DNA of 64,000 bases, taken from the NCBI GenBank assembly GCA_032718475.1, contig JAUCBJ010006976.1, positions 38,169-102,168 of the forward strand. Reading direction: 5' to 3'. The position numbers and the translations under genes were made by a program. The notes beneath the pieces were generated by a model. It made no database searches. It was not told the DNA's origin and saw only the letters and a program-made list of their open reading frames with translations. Position 1 is the stretch's first letter. Every line of letters begins with the position of its first letter. The stretch comes from Nemertoderma westbladi. Lineage: Eukaryota; Animalia; Xenacoelomorpha. This document shows, piece after piece, positions 1 through 15,000 of the stretch.

Positions 1-3000
1 CGTAATAAATAGCCGACACACTGAAGTGAGTAAAAGTTACAGGAATAAATAGCCGACACACTGAAGTGAGTAAAAGTTACAGGAATAAATAGCCGACACA
101 CTGAAGTGAGTAAAAGTTACCGTAATAAATAGCCGACACACTGAAGTGAGTAAAAGTTACCGTAATAAATAGCCGACACACTGAAGTGAGTAAAAGTTAC
201 AGGAATAAATAGCCGACACACTGAAGTGAGTAAAAGTTACAGGAATAAATAGCCGACACACTGAAGTGAGTAAAAGTTACAGGAATAAATAGCCGACACA
301 CTGAAGTGAGTAAAAGTTACCGTAATAAATAGCCGACACACTGAAGTGAGTAAAAGTTACCGTAATAAATAGCCGACACACTGAAGTGAGTAAAAGTTAC
401 CGTAATAAATAGCCGACACACTGAAGTGAGTAAAAGTTACCGTAATAAATAGCCGACACACTGAAGTGAGTAAAAGTTACCGTAATAAATAGCCGACACA
501 CTGAAGTGAGTAAAAGTTACCGTAATAAATAGCCGACACACTGAAGTGAGTAAAAGTTACCGTAATAAATAGCCGACACACTGAAGTGAGTAAAAGTTAC
601 CGTAATAAATAGCCGACACACTGAAGTGAGTAAAAGTTACAGGAATAAATAGCCGACACACTGGAGTGAGTAAAAGTTACCGGAATAAATAGCCGACACA
701 CTGAGGTGAGTAAAGGTTACCGTAATAAATAGCCGACACACTGAAGTGAGTAAAAGTTACCGTAATAAATAGCCGACACACTGAAGTGAGTAAAAGTTAC
801 CGTAATAAATAGCCGACACACTGGAGTGAGTAAAAGTTACCGGAATAAATAGCCGACACACTGAATGAAGTGAGTAAAAGTTACCGTAATAAATAGCCGA
901 CGCACTGAAGTGAGTAAAAGTTACCGTAATAAATAGCCGACACACTGAAGTGAGTAAAGGTTACCGTAATAAATAGCCGACACACTGAAGTGAGTAAAAG
1001 TTACCGTAATAAATAGCCGACACACTGAAGTGAGTAAAAGTTACCGTAATAAATAGCCGACACACTGGAGTGAGTAAAAGTTACCGTAATAAATAGCCGA
1101 CACACTGAAGTGAGTAAAAGTTACCGTAATAAATAGCCGACACACTGGAGTGAGTAAAAGTTACCGGAATAAATAGCCGACACACTGAATGAAGTGAGTA
1201 AAAGTTACCGTAATAAATAGCCGACGCACTGAAGTGAGTAAAAGTTACCGTAATAAATAGCCGACACACTGAAGTGAGTAAAAGTTACCGTAATAAATAG
1301 CCGACACACTGAAGTGAGTAAAAGTTACCGGAATAAATAGCCGACACACTGAATGAAGTGAGTAAAAGTTACCGTAATAAATAGCCGACGCACTGAAGTG
1401 AGTAAAAGTTACCGTAATAAATAGCCGACACACTGAAGTGAGTAAAAGTTACCGTAATAAATAGCCGACACACTGAAGTGAGTAAAAGTTACCGTAATAA
1501 ATAGCCGACACACTGAAGTGAGTAAAAGTTACCGTAATAAATAGCCGACACACTGAAGTGAGTAAAAGTTACCGTAATAAATAGCCGACACACTGAGAGT
1601 GAGTAAAAGTTACCGTAATAAATAGCCGACACACTGAAGTGAGTAAAAGTTACAGGAATAAATAGCCGACACACTGAAGTGAGTAAAAGTTACAGGAATA
1701 AATAGCCGACACACTGAAGTGAGTAAAAGTTACCGTAATAAATAGCCGACACACTGAAGTGAGTAAAAGTTACAGGAATAAATAGCCGACACACTGAAGT
1801 GAGTAAAAGTTACAGGAATAAATAGCCGACACACTGAAGTGAGTAAAAGTTACCGGAATAAATAGCCGACACACTGAAGTGAGTAAAAGTTACCGGAATA
1901 AATAGCCGACACACTGAAGTGAGTAAAAGTTACCGTAATAAATAGCCGACACACTGAAGTGAGTAAAAGTTACCGTAATAAATAGCCGACACACTGAAGT
2001 GAGTAAAAGTTGCCGTAATAAATAGCCGACACACTGAAGTGAGTAAAAGTTACCGTAATAAATAGCCGACACACTGAAGTGAGTAAAAGTTACAGGAATA
2101 AATAGCCGACACACTGAAGTGAGTAAAAGTTACAGGAATAAATAGCCGACACACTGAAGTGAGTAAAAGTTACAGTAATAAATAGCCGACACACTGAAGT
2201 GAGTAAAAGTTACCGTAATAAATAGCCGACACACTGAAGTGAGTAAAAGTTACAGGAATAAATAGCCGACACACTGAAGTGAGTAAAAGTTACAGGAATA
2301 AATAGCCGACACACTGAAGTGAGTAAAAGTTACAGGAATAAATAGCCGACACACTGAAGTGAGTAAAAGTTACCGTAATAAATAGCCGACACACTGAAGT
2401 GAGTAAAAGTTACCGTAATAAATAGCCGACACACTGAAGTGAGTAAAAGTTACCGTAATAAATAGCCGACACACTGAAGTGAGTAAAAGTTACCGTAATA
2501 AATAGCCGACACACTGAAGTGAGTAAAAGTTACCGTAATAAATAGCCGACACACTGAAGTGAGTAAAAGTTACCGTAATAAATAGCCGACACACTGAAGT
2601 GAGTAAAAGTTACAGGAATAAATAGCCGGCACACTGGAGTGAGTAAAAGTTACCGGAATAAATAGCCGACACACTGAGGTGAGTAAAGGTTACCGTAATA
2701 AATAGCCGACACACTGAAGTGAGTAAAAGTTACCGTAATAAATAGCCGACACACTGAAGTGAGTAAAAGTTACCGTAATAAATAGCCGACACACTGGAGT
2801 GAGTAAAAGTTACCGGAATAAATAGCCGACACACTGAATGAAGTGAGTAAAAGTTACCGTAATAAATAGCCGACGCACTGAAGTGAGTAAAAGTTACCGT
2901 AATAAATAGCCGACACACTGAAGTGAGTAAAGGTTACCGTAATAAATAGCCGACACACTGAAGTGAGTAAAAGTTACCGTAATAAATAGCCGACACACTG

Positions 3001-6000
3001 AAGTGAGTAAAAGTTACCGTAATAAATAGCCGACACACTGGAGTGAGTAAAAGTTACCGTAATAAATAGCCGACACACTGAAGTGAGTAAAAGTTACCGT
3101 AATAAATAGCCGACACACTGGAGTGAGTAAAAGTTACCGGAATAAATAGCCGACACACTGAATGAAGTGAGTAAAAGTTACCGTAATAAATAGCCGACGC
3201 ACTGAAGTGAGTAAAAGTTACCGTAATAAATAGCCGACACACTGAAGTGAGTAAAAGTTACCGTAATAAATAGCCGACACACTGAAGTGAGTAAAAGTTA
3301 CCGGAATAAATAGCCGACACACTGAATGAAGTGAGTAAAAGTTACCGTAATAAATAGCCGACGCACTGAAGTGAGTAAAAGTTACCGTAATAAATAGCCG
3401 ACACACTGAAGTGAGTAAAAGTTACAGGAATAAATAGCCGACACACTGAAGTGAGTAAAAGTTACAGGAATAAATAGCCGACACACTGAAGTGAGTAAAA
3501 GTTACCGGAATAAATAACCGACACACTGAAGTGAGTAAAAGTTACCGGAATAAATAGCCGACACACTGAAGTGAGTAAAAGTTACAGGAATAAATAGCCG
3601 ACACACTGAAGTGAGTAAAAGTTACAGGAATAAATAGCCGACACACTGAAGTGAGTAAAAGTTACAGGAATAAATAGCCGACACACTGAAGTGAGTAAAA
3701 GTTACCGGAATAAATAGCCGACACACTGAAGTGAGTAAAAGTTACCGGAATAAATAACCGACACACTGAAGTGAGTAAAAGTTACCGGAATAAATAGCCG
3801 ACACACTGAAGTGAGTAAAAGTTACAGGAATAAATAGCCGACACACTGAAGTGAGTAAAAGTTACAGGAATAAATAGCCGACACACTGAAGTGAGTAAAA
3901 GTTACAGGAATAAATAGCCGACACACTGAAGTGAGTAAAAGTTACCGTAATAGATAGCCGACACACTGAAGTGAGTAAAAGTTACAGGAATAAATAGCCG
4001 ACACACTGAAGTGAGTAAAAGTTACCGGAATAAATAACCGACACACTGAAGTGAGTAAAAGTTACCGTAATAAATAGCCGGCACACTGGAGTGAGTAAAA
4101 GTTACCGTAATAAATAGCCGACACACTGAAGTGAGTAAAAGTTACAGGAATAAATAGCCGACACACTGAAGTGAGTAAAAGTTACCGTAATAAATAGCCG
4201 GCACACTGGAGTGAGTAAAAGTTACCGTAATAAATAGCCGACACACTGAAGTGAGTAAAAGTTACAGGAATAAATAGCCGACACACTGAAGTGAGTAAAA
4301 GTTACAGGAATAAATAGCCGACACACTGAAGTGAGTAAAAGTTACCGTAATAAATAGCCGACACACTGAAGTGAGTAAAAGTTACAGGAATAAATAGCCG
4401 ACACACTGAAGTGAGTAAAAGTTACCGGAATAAATAACCGACACACTGAAGTGAGTAAAAGTTACCGGAATAAATAGCCGACACACTGAAGTGAGTAAAA
4501 GTTACAGGAATAAATAGCCGACACACTGAAGTGAGTAAAAGTTACAGGAATAAATAGCCGACACACTGAAGTGAGTAAAAGTTACAGGAATAAATAGCCG
4601 ACACACTGAAGTGAGTAAAAGTTACCGGAATAAATAACCGACACACTGAAGTGAGTAAAAGTTACCGGAATAAATAGCCGACACACTGAAGTGAGTAAAA
4701 GTTACAGGAATAAATAGCCGACACACTGAAGTGAGTAAAAGTTACATGAATAAATAGCCGACACACTGAAGTGAGTAAAAGTTACCGTAATAAATAGCCG
4801 ACACACTGAAGTGAGTAAAAGTTACAGGAATAAATAGCCGACACACTGAAGTGAGTAAAAGTTACCGTAATAAATAGCCGACACACTGAAGTGAGTAAAA
4901 GTTACCGTAATAAATAGCCGGCACACTGAAGTGAGTAAAAGTTACCGTAATAAATAGCCGACACACTGAAGTGAGTAAAAGTTACCGTAATAAATAGCCG
5001 ACACACTGAAGTGAGTAAAAGTTACAGGAATAAATAGCCGACACACTGAAGTGAGTAAAAGTTACAGGAATAAATAGCCGACACACTGAAGTGAGTAAAA
5101 ATTACAGGAATAAATAGCCGACACACTGAAGTGAGTAAAAGTTACCGTAATAAATAGCCGACACACTGAAGTGAGTAAAAGTTACAGGAATAAATAGCCG
5201 ACACACTGAAGTGAGTAAAAGTTACCGTAATAAATAGCCGACACACTGGAGTGAGTAAAAGTTACCGGAATAAATAACCGACACACTGAAGTGAGTAAAA
5301 GTTACCGGAATAAATAGCCGACACACTGAAGTGAGTAAAAGTTACAGGAATAAATAGCCGACACACTGAAGTGAGTAAAAGTTACAGGAATAAATAGCCG
5401 ACACACTGAAGTGAGTAAAAGTTACAGGAATAAATAGCCGACACACTGAAGTGAGTAAAAGTTACCGTAATAAATAGCCGACACACTGAAGTGAGTAAAA
5501 GTTACAGGAATAAATAGCCAACACACTGAAGTGAGTAAAAGTTACCGTAATAAATAGCCGACACACTGGAGTGAGTAAAAGTTACCGGAATAAATAACCG
5601 ACACACTGAAGTGAGTAAAAGTTACCGGAATAAATAGCCGACACACTGAAGTGAGTAAAAGTTACAGGAATAAATAGCCGACACACTGAAGTGAGTAAAA
5701 GTTACAGGAATAAATAGCTGACACACTGAAGTGAGTAAAAGTTACCGGAATAAATAACCGACACACTGAAGTGAGTAAAAGTTACCGGAATAAATAGCCG
5801 ACACACTGAAGTGAGTAAAAGTTACAGGAATAAATAGCCGACACACTGAAGTGAGTAAAAGTTACAGGAATAAATAGCCGACACACTGAAGTGATTAAAA
5901 GTTACAGGAATAAATAGCCGACACACTGAAGTGAGTAAAAGTTACCGGAATAAATAACCGACACACTGAAGTGAGTAAAAGTTACCGGAATAAATAGCCG

Positions 6001-9000
6001 ACACACTGAAGTGAGTAAAAGTTACAGGAATAAATAGCCGACACACTGAAGTGAGTAAAAGTTACAGGAATAAATAGCCGACACACTGAAGTGAGTAAAA
6101 GTTACCGTAATAAATAGCCGACACACTGAAGTGAGTAAAAGTTACAGGAATAAATAGCCGACACACTGAAGTGAGTAAAAGTTACCGGAATAAATAACCG
6201 ACACACTGAAGTGAGTAAAAGTTACCGGAATAAATAGCCGACACACTGAAGTGAGTAAAAGTTACAGGAATAAATAGCCGACACACTGAAGTGAGTAAAA
6301 GTTACAGGAATAAATAGCCGACACACTGAAGTGAGTAAAAGTTACAGGAATAAATAGCCGACACACTGAAGTGAGTAAAAGTTACCGGAATAAATAACCG
6401 ACACACTGAAGTGAGTAAAAGTTACCGGAATAAATAGCCGACACACTGAAGTGAGTAAAAGTTACAGGAATAAATAGCCGACACACTGAAGTGAGTAAAA
6501 GTTACAGGAATAAATAGCCGACACACTGAAGTGAGTAAAAGTTACCGTAATAAATAGCCGACACACTGAAGTGAGTAAAAGTTACAGGAATAAATAGCCG
6601 ACACACTGAAGTGAGTAAAAGTTACCGTAATAAATAGCCGACACACTGAAGTGAGTAAAAGTTACCGTAATAAATAGCCGGCACACTGAAGTGAGTAAAA
6701 GTTACCGTAATAAATAGCCGACACATTGAAGTGAGTAAAAGTTACCGGAATAAATAGCTGACACACTGAAGTGAGTAAAAGTTACCGGAATAAATAGCCG
6801 ACACACTGAAGTGAGTAAAAGTTACCGTAATAAATAGCCGACACACTGAAGTGAGTAAAAGTTACAGGAATAAATAGCCGACACACTGAAGTGAGTAAAA
6901 GTTACAGGAATAAATAGCCGACACACTGAAGTGAGTAAAAGTTACAGGAATAAATAGCCGACACACTGAAGTGAGTAAAAGTTACCGTAATAAATAGCCG
7001 GCACACTGAAGTGAGTAAAAGTTACCGTAATAAATAGCCGACACACTGAAGTGAGTAAAAGTTACCGTAATAAATAGCCGACACACTGAAGTGAGTAAAA
7101 GTTACAGGAATAAATAGCCGACACACTGAAGTGAGTAAAAGTTACCGTAATAAATAGCCGACACACTGAAGTAAGTAAAAGTTACAGGAATAAATAGCCG
7201 ACACACTGAAGTGAGTAAAAGTTACCGTAATAAATAGCCGACACACTGAAGTGAGTAAAAGTTACAGGAATAAATAGCCGACACACTGAAGTGAGTAAAA
7301 GTTACCGGAATAAATAACCGACACACTGAAGTGAGTAAAAGTTACAGGAATAAATAGCCGACACACTGAAGTGAGTAAAAGTTACAGGAATAAATAGCCG
7401 ACACACTGAAGTGAGTAAAAGTTACCGTAATAAATAGCCGACACACTGAAGTGAGTAAAAGTTACAGGAATAAATAGCCGACACACTGAAGTGAGTAAAA
7501 GTTACCGTAATAAATAGCCGACACACTGCAGTGAGTAAAAGTTACCGGAATAAATAGCCGACACACTGAAGTGAGTAAAAGTTACCGGAATAAATAGCCG
7601 ACACACTGAAGTGAGTAAAAGTTACCGTAATAAATAGCCGACACACTGAAGTGAGTAAAAGTTACCGTAATAAATAGCCGACACACTGAAGTGAGTAAAA
7701 GTTACCGTAATAAATAGCCGACACACTGAAGTGAGTAAAAGTTACCGGAATAAATAGCCGACACACTGAAGTGAGTAAAAGTTACCGGAATAAATAGCCG
7801 ACACACTGAAGTGAGTAAAGGTTACCGTAATAAATAGCCGACACACTGAAGTGAGTAAAAGTTACCGTAATAAATAGCCGACACACTGAAGTGAGTAAAA
7901 GTTACCGTAATAAATAGCCGACACACTGAAGTGAGTAAAAGTTACCGGAATAAATAGCCGACACACTGAAGTGAGTAAAAGTTACCGTAATAAATAGCCG
8001 ACACACTGAAGTGAGTAAAAGTTACCGTAATAAATAGCCGACACACTGAAGTGAGTAAAAGTTACAGGAATAAATAGCCGACACACTGAAGTGAGTAAAA
8101 TTTACCGTAATAAATAGCCGACACACTGAAGTGAGTAAAAGTTACCGGAATAAATAGCCGACACACTGAAGTGAGTAAAAGTTACCGTAATAAATAGCCG
8201 ACACACATGAAGTGAGTAAAAGTTACCGTAATAAATAGCCGACACACTGAAGTGAGTAAAAGTTACAGGAATAAATAGCCGACACACTGAAGTGAGTAAA
8301 AGTTACCGTAATAAATAGCCGACACACTGAAGTGAGTAAAAGTTACAGGAATAAATAGCCGACACACTGAAGTGAGTAAAAGTTACCGTAATAAATAGCC
8401 GACACACTGAAGTGAGTAAAAGTTACAGGAATAAATAGCCGACACACTGAAGTGAGTAAAAGTTACCGGAATAAATAACCGACACACTGAAGTGAGTAAA
8501 AGTTACAGGAATAAATAGCCGACACACTGAAGTGAGTAAAAGTTACAGGAATAAATAGCCGACACACTGAAGTGAGTAAAAGTTACCGTAATAAATAGCC
8601 GACACACTGAAGTGAGTAAAAGTTACAGGAATAAATAGCCGACACACTGAAGTGAGTAAAAATTACCAGAATAAATAGCCGGCACACTGAAGTGAGTAAA
8701 AGTTACAGGAATAAATAGCCGACACACTGAAGTGAGTAAAAGTTACAGGAATAAATAGCCGACACACTGAAGTGAGTAAAAGTTACAGGAATAAATAGCC
8801 GACACACTGAAGTGAGTAAAAGTTACAGGAATAAATAGCCGACACACTGAATTGAGTAAAAGTTACAGGAATAAATAGCCGACACACTGAAGTGAGTAAA
8901 AGTTACAGGAATAAATAGCCGACACACTGAAGTGAGTAAAAGTTACCGTAATAAATAGCCGACACACTGAAGTGAGTAAAAGTTACAGGAATAAATAGCC

Positions 9001-12000
9001 GACACACTGAAGTGAGTAAAAGTTACCGTAATAAATAGCCGACACACTGAAGTGAGTAAAAGTTACAGGAATAAATAGCCGACACACTGAAGTGAGTAAA
9101 AGTTACAGGAATAAATAGCCGACACACTGAAGTGAGTAAAAGTTACCGTAATAAATAGTCGACACACTGAAGTGAGTAAAAGTTACCGTAATAAATAGCC
9201 GGCACACTGAAGTGAGTAAAAGTTACAGGAATAAATAGCCGGCACACTGAAGTGAGTAAAAGTTACAGGAATAAATAGCCGACACACTGAAGTGAGTAAA
9301 AGTTACAGGAATAAATAGCCGACACACTGAAGTGAGTAAAAGTTACCGTAATAAATAGCCGGCACACTGAAGTGAGTAAAAGTTACAGGAATAAATAGCC
9401 GGCACACTGAAGTGAGTAAAAGTTACCGTAATAAATAGCCGACACACTGAAGTGAGTAAAAGTTACAGGAATAAATAGCCGACACACTGAAGTGAGTAAA
9501 AGTTACAGGAATAAATAGCCGACACACTGAAGTGAGTAAAAGTTACCGTAATAAATAGTCGACACACTGAAGTGAGTAAAAGTTACCGTAATAAATAGCC
9601 GGCACACTGAAGTGAGTAAAAGTTACAGGAATAAATAGCCGCCACACTGAAGTGAGTAAAAGTTACAGGAATAAATAGCCGACACACTGAAGTGAGTAAA
9701 AGTTACAGGAATAAATAGCAGACACACTGAAGTGAGTAAAAGTTACCGTAATAAATAGCCGGCACACTGAAGTGAGTAAAAGTTACAGAAATAAATAGCC
9801 GGCACACTGAAGTGAGTAAAAGTTACCGTAATAAATAGCCGACACACTGAAGTGAGTAAAAGTTACAGGAATAAATAGCCGACACACTGAAGTGAGTAAA
9901 AATTACCGGAATAAATAGCCGGCACACTGAAGTGAGTAAAAGTTACAGGAATAAATAGCCGACACACTGAAGTGAGTAAAAGTTACCGTAATAAATAGCC
10001 GACACACTGAAGTGAGTAAAAGTTACCGTAATAAATAGCCGGCACACTGAAGTGAGTAAAAGTTACAGGAATAAATAGCCGGCACACTGAAGTGAGTAAA
10101 AGTTACAGGAATAAATAGCCGACACACTGAAGTGAGTAAAAGTTACAGGAATAAATAGCCGACACACTGAAGTGAGTAAAAGTTACCGTAATAAATAGCC
10201 GGCACACTGAAGTGAGTAAGAGTTACCGTAATAAATAGCCGACACACTGAAGTGAGTAAAAGTTACCGTAATAAATAGCCGACACACTGAAGTGAGTAAA
10301 AGTTACCGTAATAAATAGCCGGCACACTGAAGTGAGTAAAAGTTACCGTAATAAATAGCCGGCACACTGAAGTGAGTAAAAGTTACCGTAATAAATAGCC
10401 GGCACACTGAAGTGAGTAAAAGTTACCGTAATAAATAGCCGGCACACTGAAGTGAGTAAAAGTTACCGTAATAAATAGCCGGCACACTGAAGTGAGTAAA
10501 AGTTACCGTAATAAATAGCCGACACACTGAAGTGAGTAAAAGTTACCGTAATAAATAGCCGACACACTGAAGTGAGTAAAAGTTACCGTAATAAATAGCC
10601 GGCACACTGAAGTGAGTAAAAGTTACAGGAATAAATAGCCGGCACACTGAAGTGAGTAAAAGTTACAGGAATAAATAGCCGACACACTGAAGTGAGTAAA
10701 AGTTACAGGAATAAATAGCCGACACACTGAAGTGAGTAAAAATTACTGGAATAAATAGCCGGCACACTGAAGTGAGTAAAAGTTACAGGAATAAATAGCC
10801 GACACACTGAAGTGAGTAAAAATTACCGGAATAAATAGCCGGCACACTGAAGTGAGTAAAAGTTACAGGAATAAATAGCCGACACACTGAAGTGAGTAAA
10901 AGTTACCGTAATAAATAGCCGACACACTGAAGTGAGTAAAAGTTACAGGAATAAATAGCCGGCACACTGAAGTGAGTAAAAGTTACCGTAATAAATAGCC
11001 GATACACTGAAGTGAGTAAAAGTTACCGTAATAAATAGCCGGCACACTGAGGTGAGTAAAAGTTACCGTAATAAATAGCCGACACACTGGAGTGAGTAAA
11101 AGTTACCGTAATAAATAGCCGACACACTGAAGTGAGTAAAAATTACCGGAATAAATAGCCGGCACACTGAAGTGAGTAAAAGTTACAGGAATAAATAGCC
11201 GACACACTGAAGTGAGTAAAAATTACCGGAATAAATAGCCGGCACACTGAAGTGAGTAAAAGTTACAGGAATAAATAGCCGACACACTGAAGTGAGTAAA
11301 AGTTACCGTAATAAATAGCCGACACACTGAAGTGAGTAAAAGTTACCGTAATAAATAGCCGGCACACTGAAGTGAGTAAAAGTTACAGGAATAAATAGCC
11401 GGCACACTGAAGTGAGTAAAAGTTACAGGAATAAATAGCCGACACACTGAAGTGAGTAAAAGTTACAGGAATAAATAGCCGACACACTGAAGTGAGTAAA
11501 AGTTACCGTAATAAATAGCCGGCACACTGAAGTGAGTAAAAGTTACCGTAATAAATAGCCGACACACTGAAGTGAGTAAAAGTTACCGTAATAAATAGCC
11601 GACACACTGAAGTGAGTAAAAGTTACCGTAATAAATAGCCGGCACACTGAAGTGAGTAAAAGTTACCGTAATAAATAGCCGGCACACTGAAGTGAGTAAA
11701 AGTTACCGTAATAAATAGCCGACACACTGGAGTGAGTAAAAGTTACCGTAATAAATAGCCGACACACTGAAGTGAGTAAAAGTTACCGTAATAAATAGCC
11801 GGCACACTGAAGTGAGTAAAAGTTACCGTAATAAATAGCCGACACACTGAAGTGAGTAAAAGTTACCGGAATAAATAGCCGACACACTGAAGTGAGTAAA
11901 AGTTACCGTAATAAATAGCCGGCACACTGAAGTGAGTAAAAGTTACCGTAATAAATAGCCGGCACACTGAAGTGAGTAAAAGTTACCGTAATAAATAGCC

Positions 12001-15000
12001 GACACACTGAAGTGAGTAAAAGTTACCGTAATAAATAGCCGACACACTGAAGTGAGTAAAAGTTACCGTAATAAATAGCCGGCACACTGAAGTAAGTAAA
12101 AGTTACAGGAATAAATAGCCGGCACACTGAAGTGAGTAAAAGTTACAGGAATAAATAGCCGACACACTGAAGTGAGTAAAAGTTACAGGAATAAATAGCC
12201 GACACACTGAGGTGAGTAAAGGTTACCGTAATAAATAGCCGACACACTGAAGTGAGTAAAAGTTACCGTAATAAATAGCCGACACACTGAAGTGAGTAAA
12301 AGTTACCGTAATAAATAGCCGACACACTGAAGTGAGTAAAAGTTACCGTAATAAATAGCCGGCACACTGAAGTGAGTAAAAGTTACAGGAATAAATAGCC
12401 GACACACTGAAGTGAGTAAAAGTTACAGGAATAAATAGCCGACACACTGAAGTGAGTAAAAGTTACCGTAATAAATAGCCGGCACACTGAAGTGAGTAAA
12501 AGTTACAGGAATAAATAGCCGGCACACTGAAGTGAGTAAAAGTTACCGTAATAAATAGCCGACACACTGAAGTGAGTAAAAGTTACAGGAATAAATAGCC
12601 GACACACTGAAGTGAGTAAAAATTACCGGAATAAATAGCCGGCACACTGAAGTGAGTAAAAGTTACAGGAATAAATAGCCGACACACTGAAGTGAGTAAA
12701 AGTTACCGTAATAAATAGCCGACACACTGAAGTGAGTAAAAGTTACAGAAATAAATAGCCGACACACTGAAGTGAGTAAAAGTTACCGGAATAAATAACC
12801 GACACACTGAAGTGAGTAAAAGTTACAGGAATAAATAGCCGACACACTGAAGTGAGTAAAAGTTACAGGAATAAATAGCCGACACACTGAAGTGAGTAAA
12901 AGTTACCGTAATAAATAGCCGACACACTGAAGTGAATAAAAGTTACAGGAATAAATAGCCGACACACTGAAGTGAGTAAAAGTTACCGTAATAAATAGCC
13001 GACACACTGAAGTGAGTAAAAGTTACAGGAATAAATAGCCGACACACTGAAGTGAGTAAAAGTTACCGGAATAAATAACCGACACACTGAAGTGAGTAAA
13101 AGTTACAGGAATAAATAGCCGACACACTGAAGTGAGTAAAAGTTACAGGAATAAATAGCCGACACACTGAAGTGAGTAAAAGTTACCGGAATAAATAACC
13201 GACACACTGAAGTGAGTAAAAGTTACAGGAATAAATAGCCGACACACTGAAGTGAGTAAAAGTTACAGGAATAAATAGCCGACACACTGAAGTGAGTAAA
13301 AGTTACAGGAATAAATAGCCGACACACTGAAGTGAGTAAAAGTTACAGGAATAAATAGCCGACACACTGAAGTGAGTAAAAGTTACAGGAATAAATAGCC
13401 GACACACTGAAGTGAGTAAAAGTTACCGTAATAAATAGCCGACACACTGAAGTGAGTAAAAGTTACAGGAATAAATAGCCGGCACACTGAAGTGAGTAAA
13501 AGTTACAGGAATAAATAGCCGACACACTGAAGTGAGTAAAAGTTACCGTAATAAATAGCCGACACACTGGAGTGAGTAAAAGTTACCGGAATAAATAGCC
13601 GATACACTGAAGTGAGTAAAAGTTACAGGAATAAATAGCCGGCACACTGAAGTGAGTAAAAGTTACCGTAATGAATAGCCGACACACTGAAGTGAGTAAA
13701 AGTTACAGGAATAAATAGCCGACACACTGAAGTGAGTAAAAGTTACAGGAATAAATAGCCGACACACTGAAGTGAGTAAAAGTTACAGGAATAAATAGCC
13801 GGCACACTGAAGTGAGTAAGAGTTACCGTAATAAATAGCCGACACACTGAAGTGAGTAAAAGTTACCGGAATAAATAGCCGACACACTGAAGTGAGTAAA
13901 AGTTACAGGAATAAATAGCCGGCACACTGAAGTGAGTAAGAGTTACCGTAATAAATAGCCGACACACTGAAGTGAGTAAAAGTTACCGTAATAAATAGCC
14001 GGCACACTGAAGTGAGTAAAAGTTACAGGAATAAATAGCCGGCACACTGAAGTGAGTAAAAGTTTCCGTAATAAATAGCCGGCACACTGAAGTGAGTAAA
14101 AGTTACCGTAATAAATAGCCGGCACACTGAAGTGAGTAAAAGTTACAGGAATAAATAGCCGACACACTGAAGTGAGTAAAAGTTACCGGAATAAATAACC
14201 GACACACTGAAGTGAGTAAAAGTTACAGGAATAAATAGTCGACACACTGAAGTGAGTAAAAGTTACCGTAATAAATAGCCGACACACTGAAGTGAGTAAA
14301 AGTTACCGTAATAAATAGCCGGCACACTGAAGTGAGTAAAAGTTACAGGAATAAATAGCCGGCACACTGAAGTGAGTAAAAGTTACAGGAATAAATAGCC
14401 GACACACTGAAGTGAGTAAAAGTTACAGGAATAAATAGCCGACACACTGAAGTGAGTAAAAGTTACCGTAATAAATAGCCGGCACACTGAAGTGAGTAAA
14501 AGTTACAGGAATAAATAGCCGGCACACTGAAGTGAGTAAGAGTTACCGTAATAAATAGCCGACACACTGAAGTGAGTAAAAGTTACCGTAATAAATAGCC
14601 GGTACACTGAAGTGAGTAAAAGTTACAGGAATAAATAGCCGACACACTGAAGTGAGTAAAAGTTACCGTAATAAATAGCCGGCACACTGAAGTGAGTAAA
14701 AGTTACCGTAATAAATAGCCGACACACTGAAGTGAGTAAAAGTTACCGGAATAAATAGCCGACACACTGGAGTGAGTAAAAGTTACCGGAATAAATAACC
14801 GACACACTGAAGTGAGTAAAAGTTACAGGAATAAATAGCTGACACACTGTAGTGAGTAAAAGTTACCGTAATAAATAGCCGACACACTGAAGTGAGTAAA
14901 AGTTACAGGAATAAATAGCCGACACACTGAAGTGAGTAAAAGTTACCGTAATAAATAGCCGACACACTGTAGTGAGTAAAAGTTACCGTAATAAATAGCC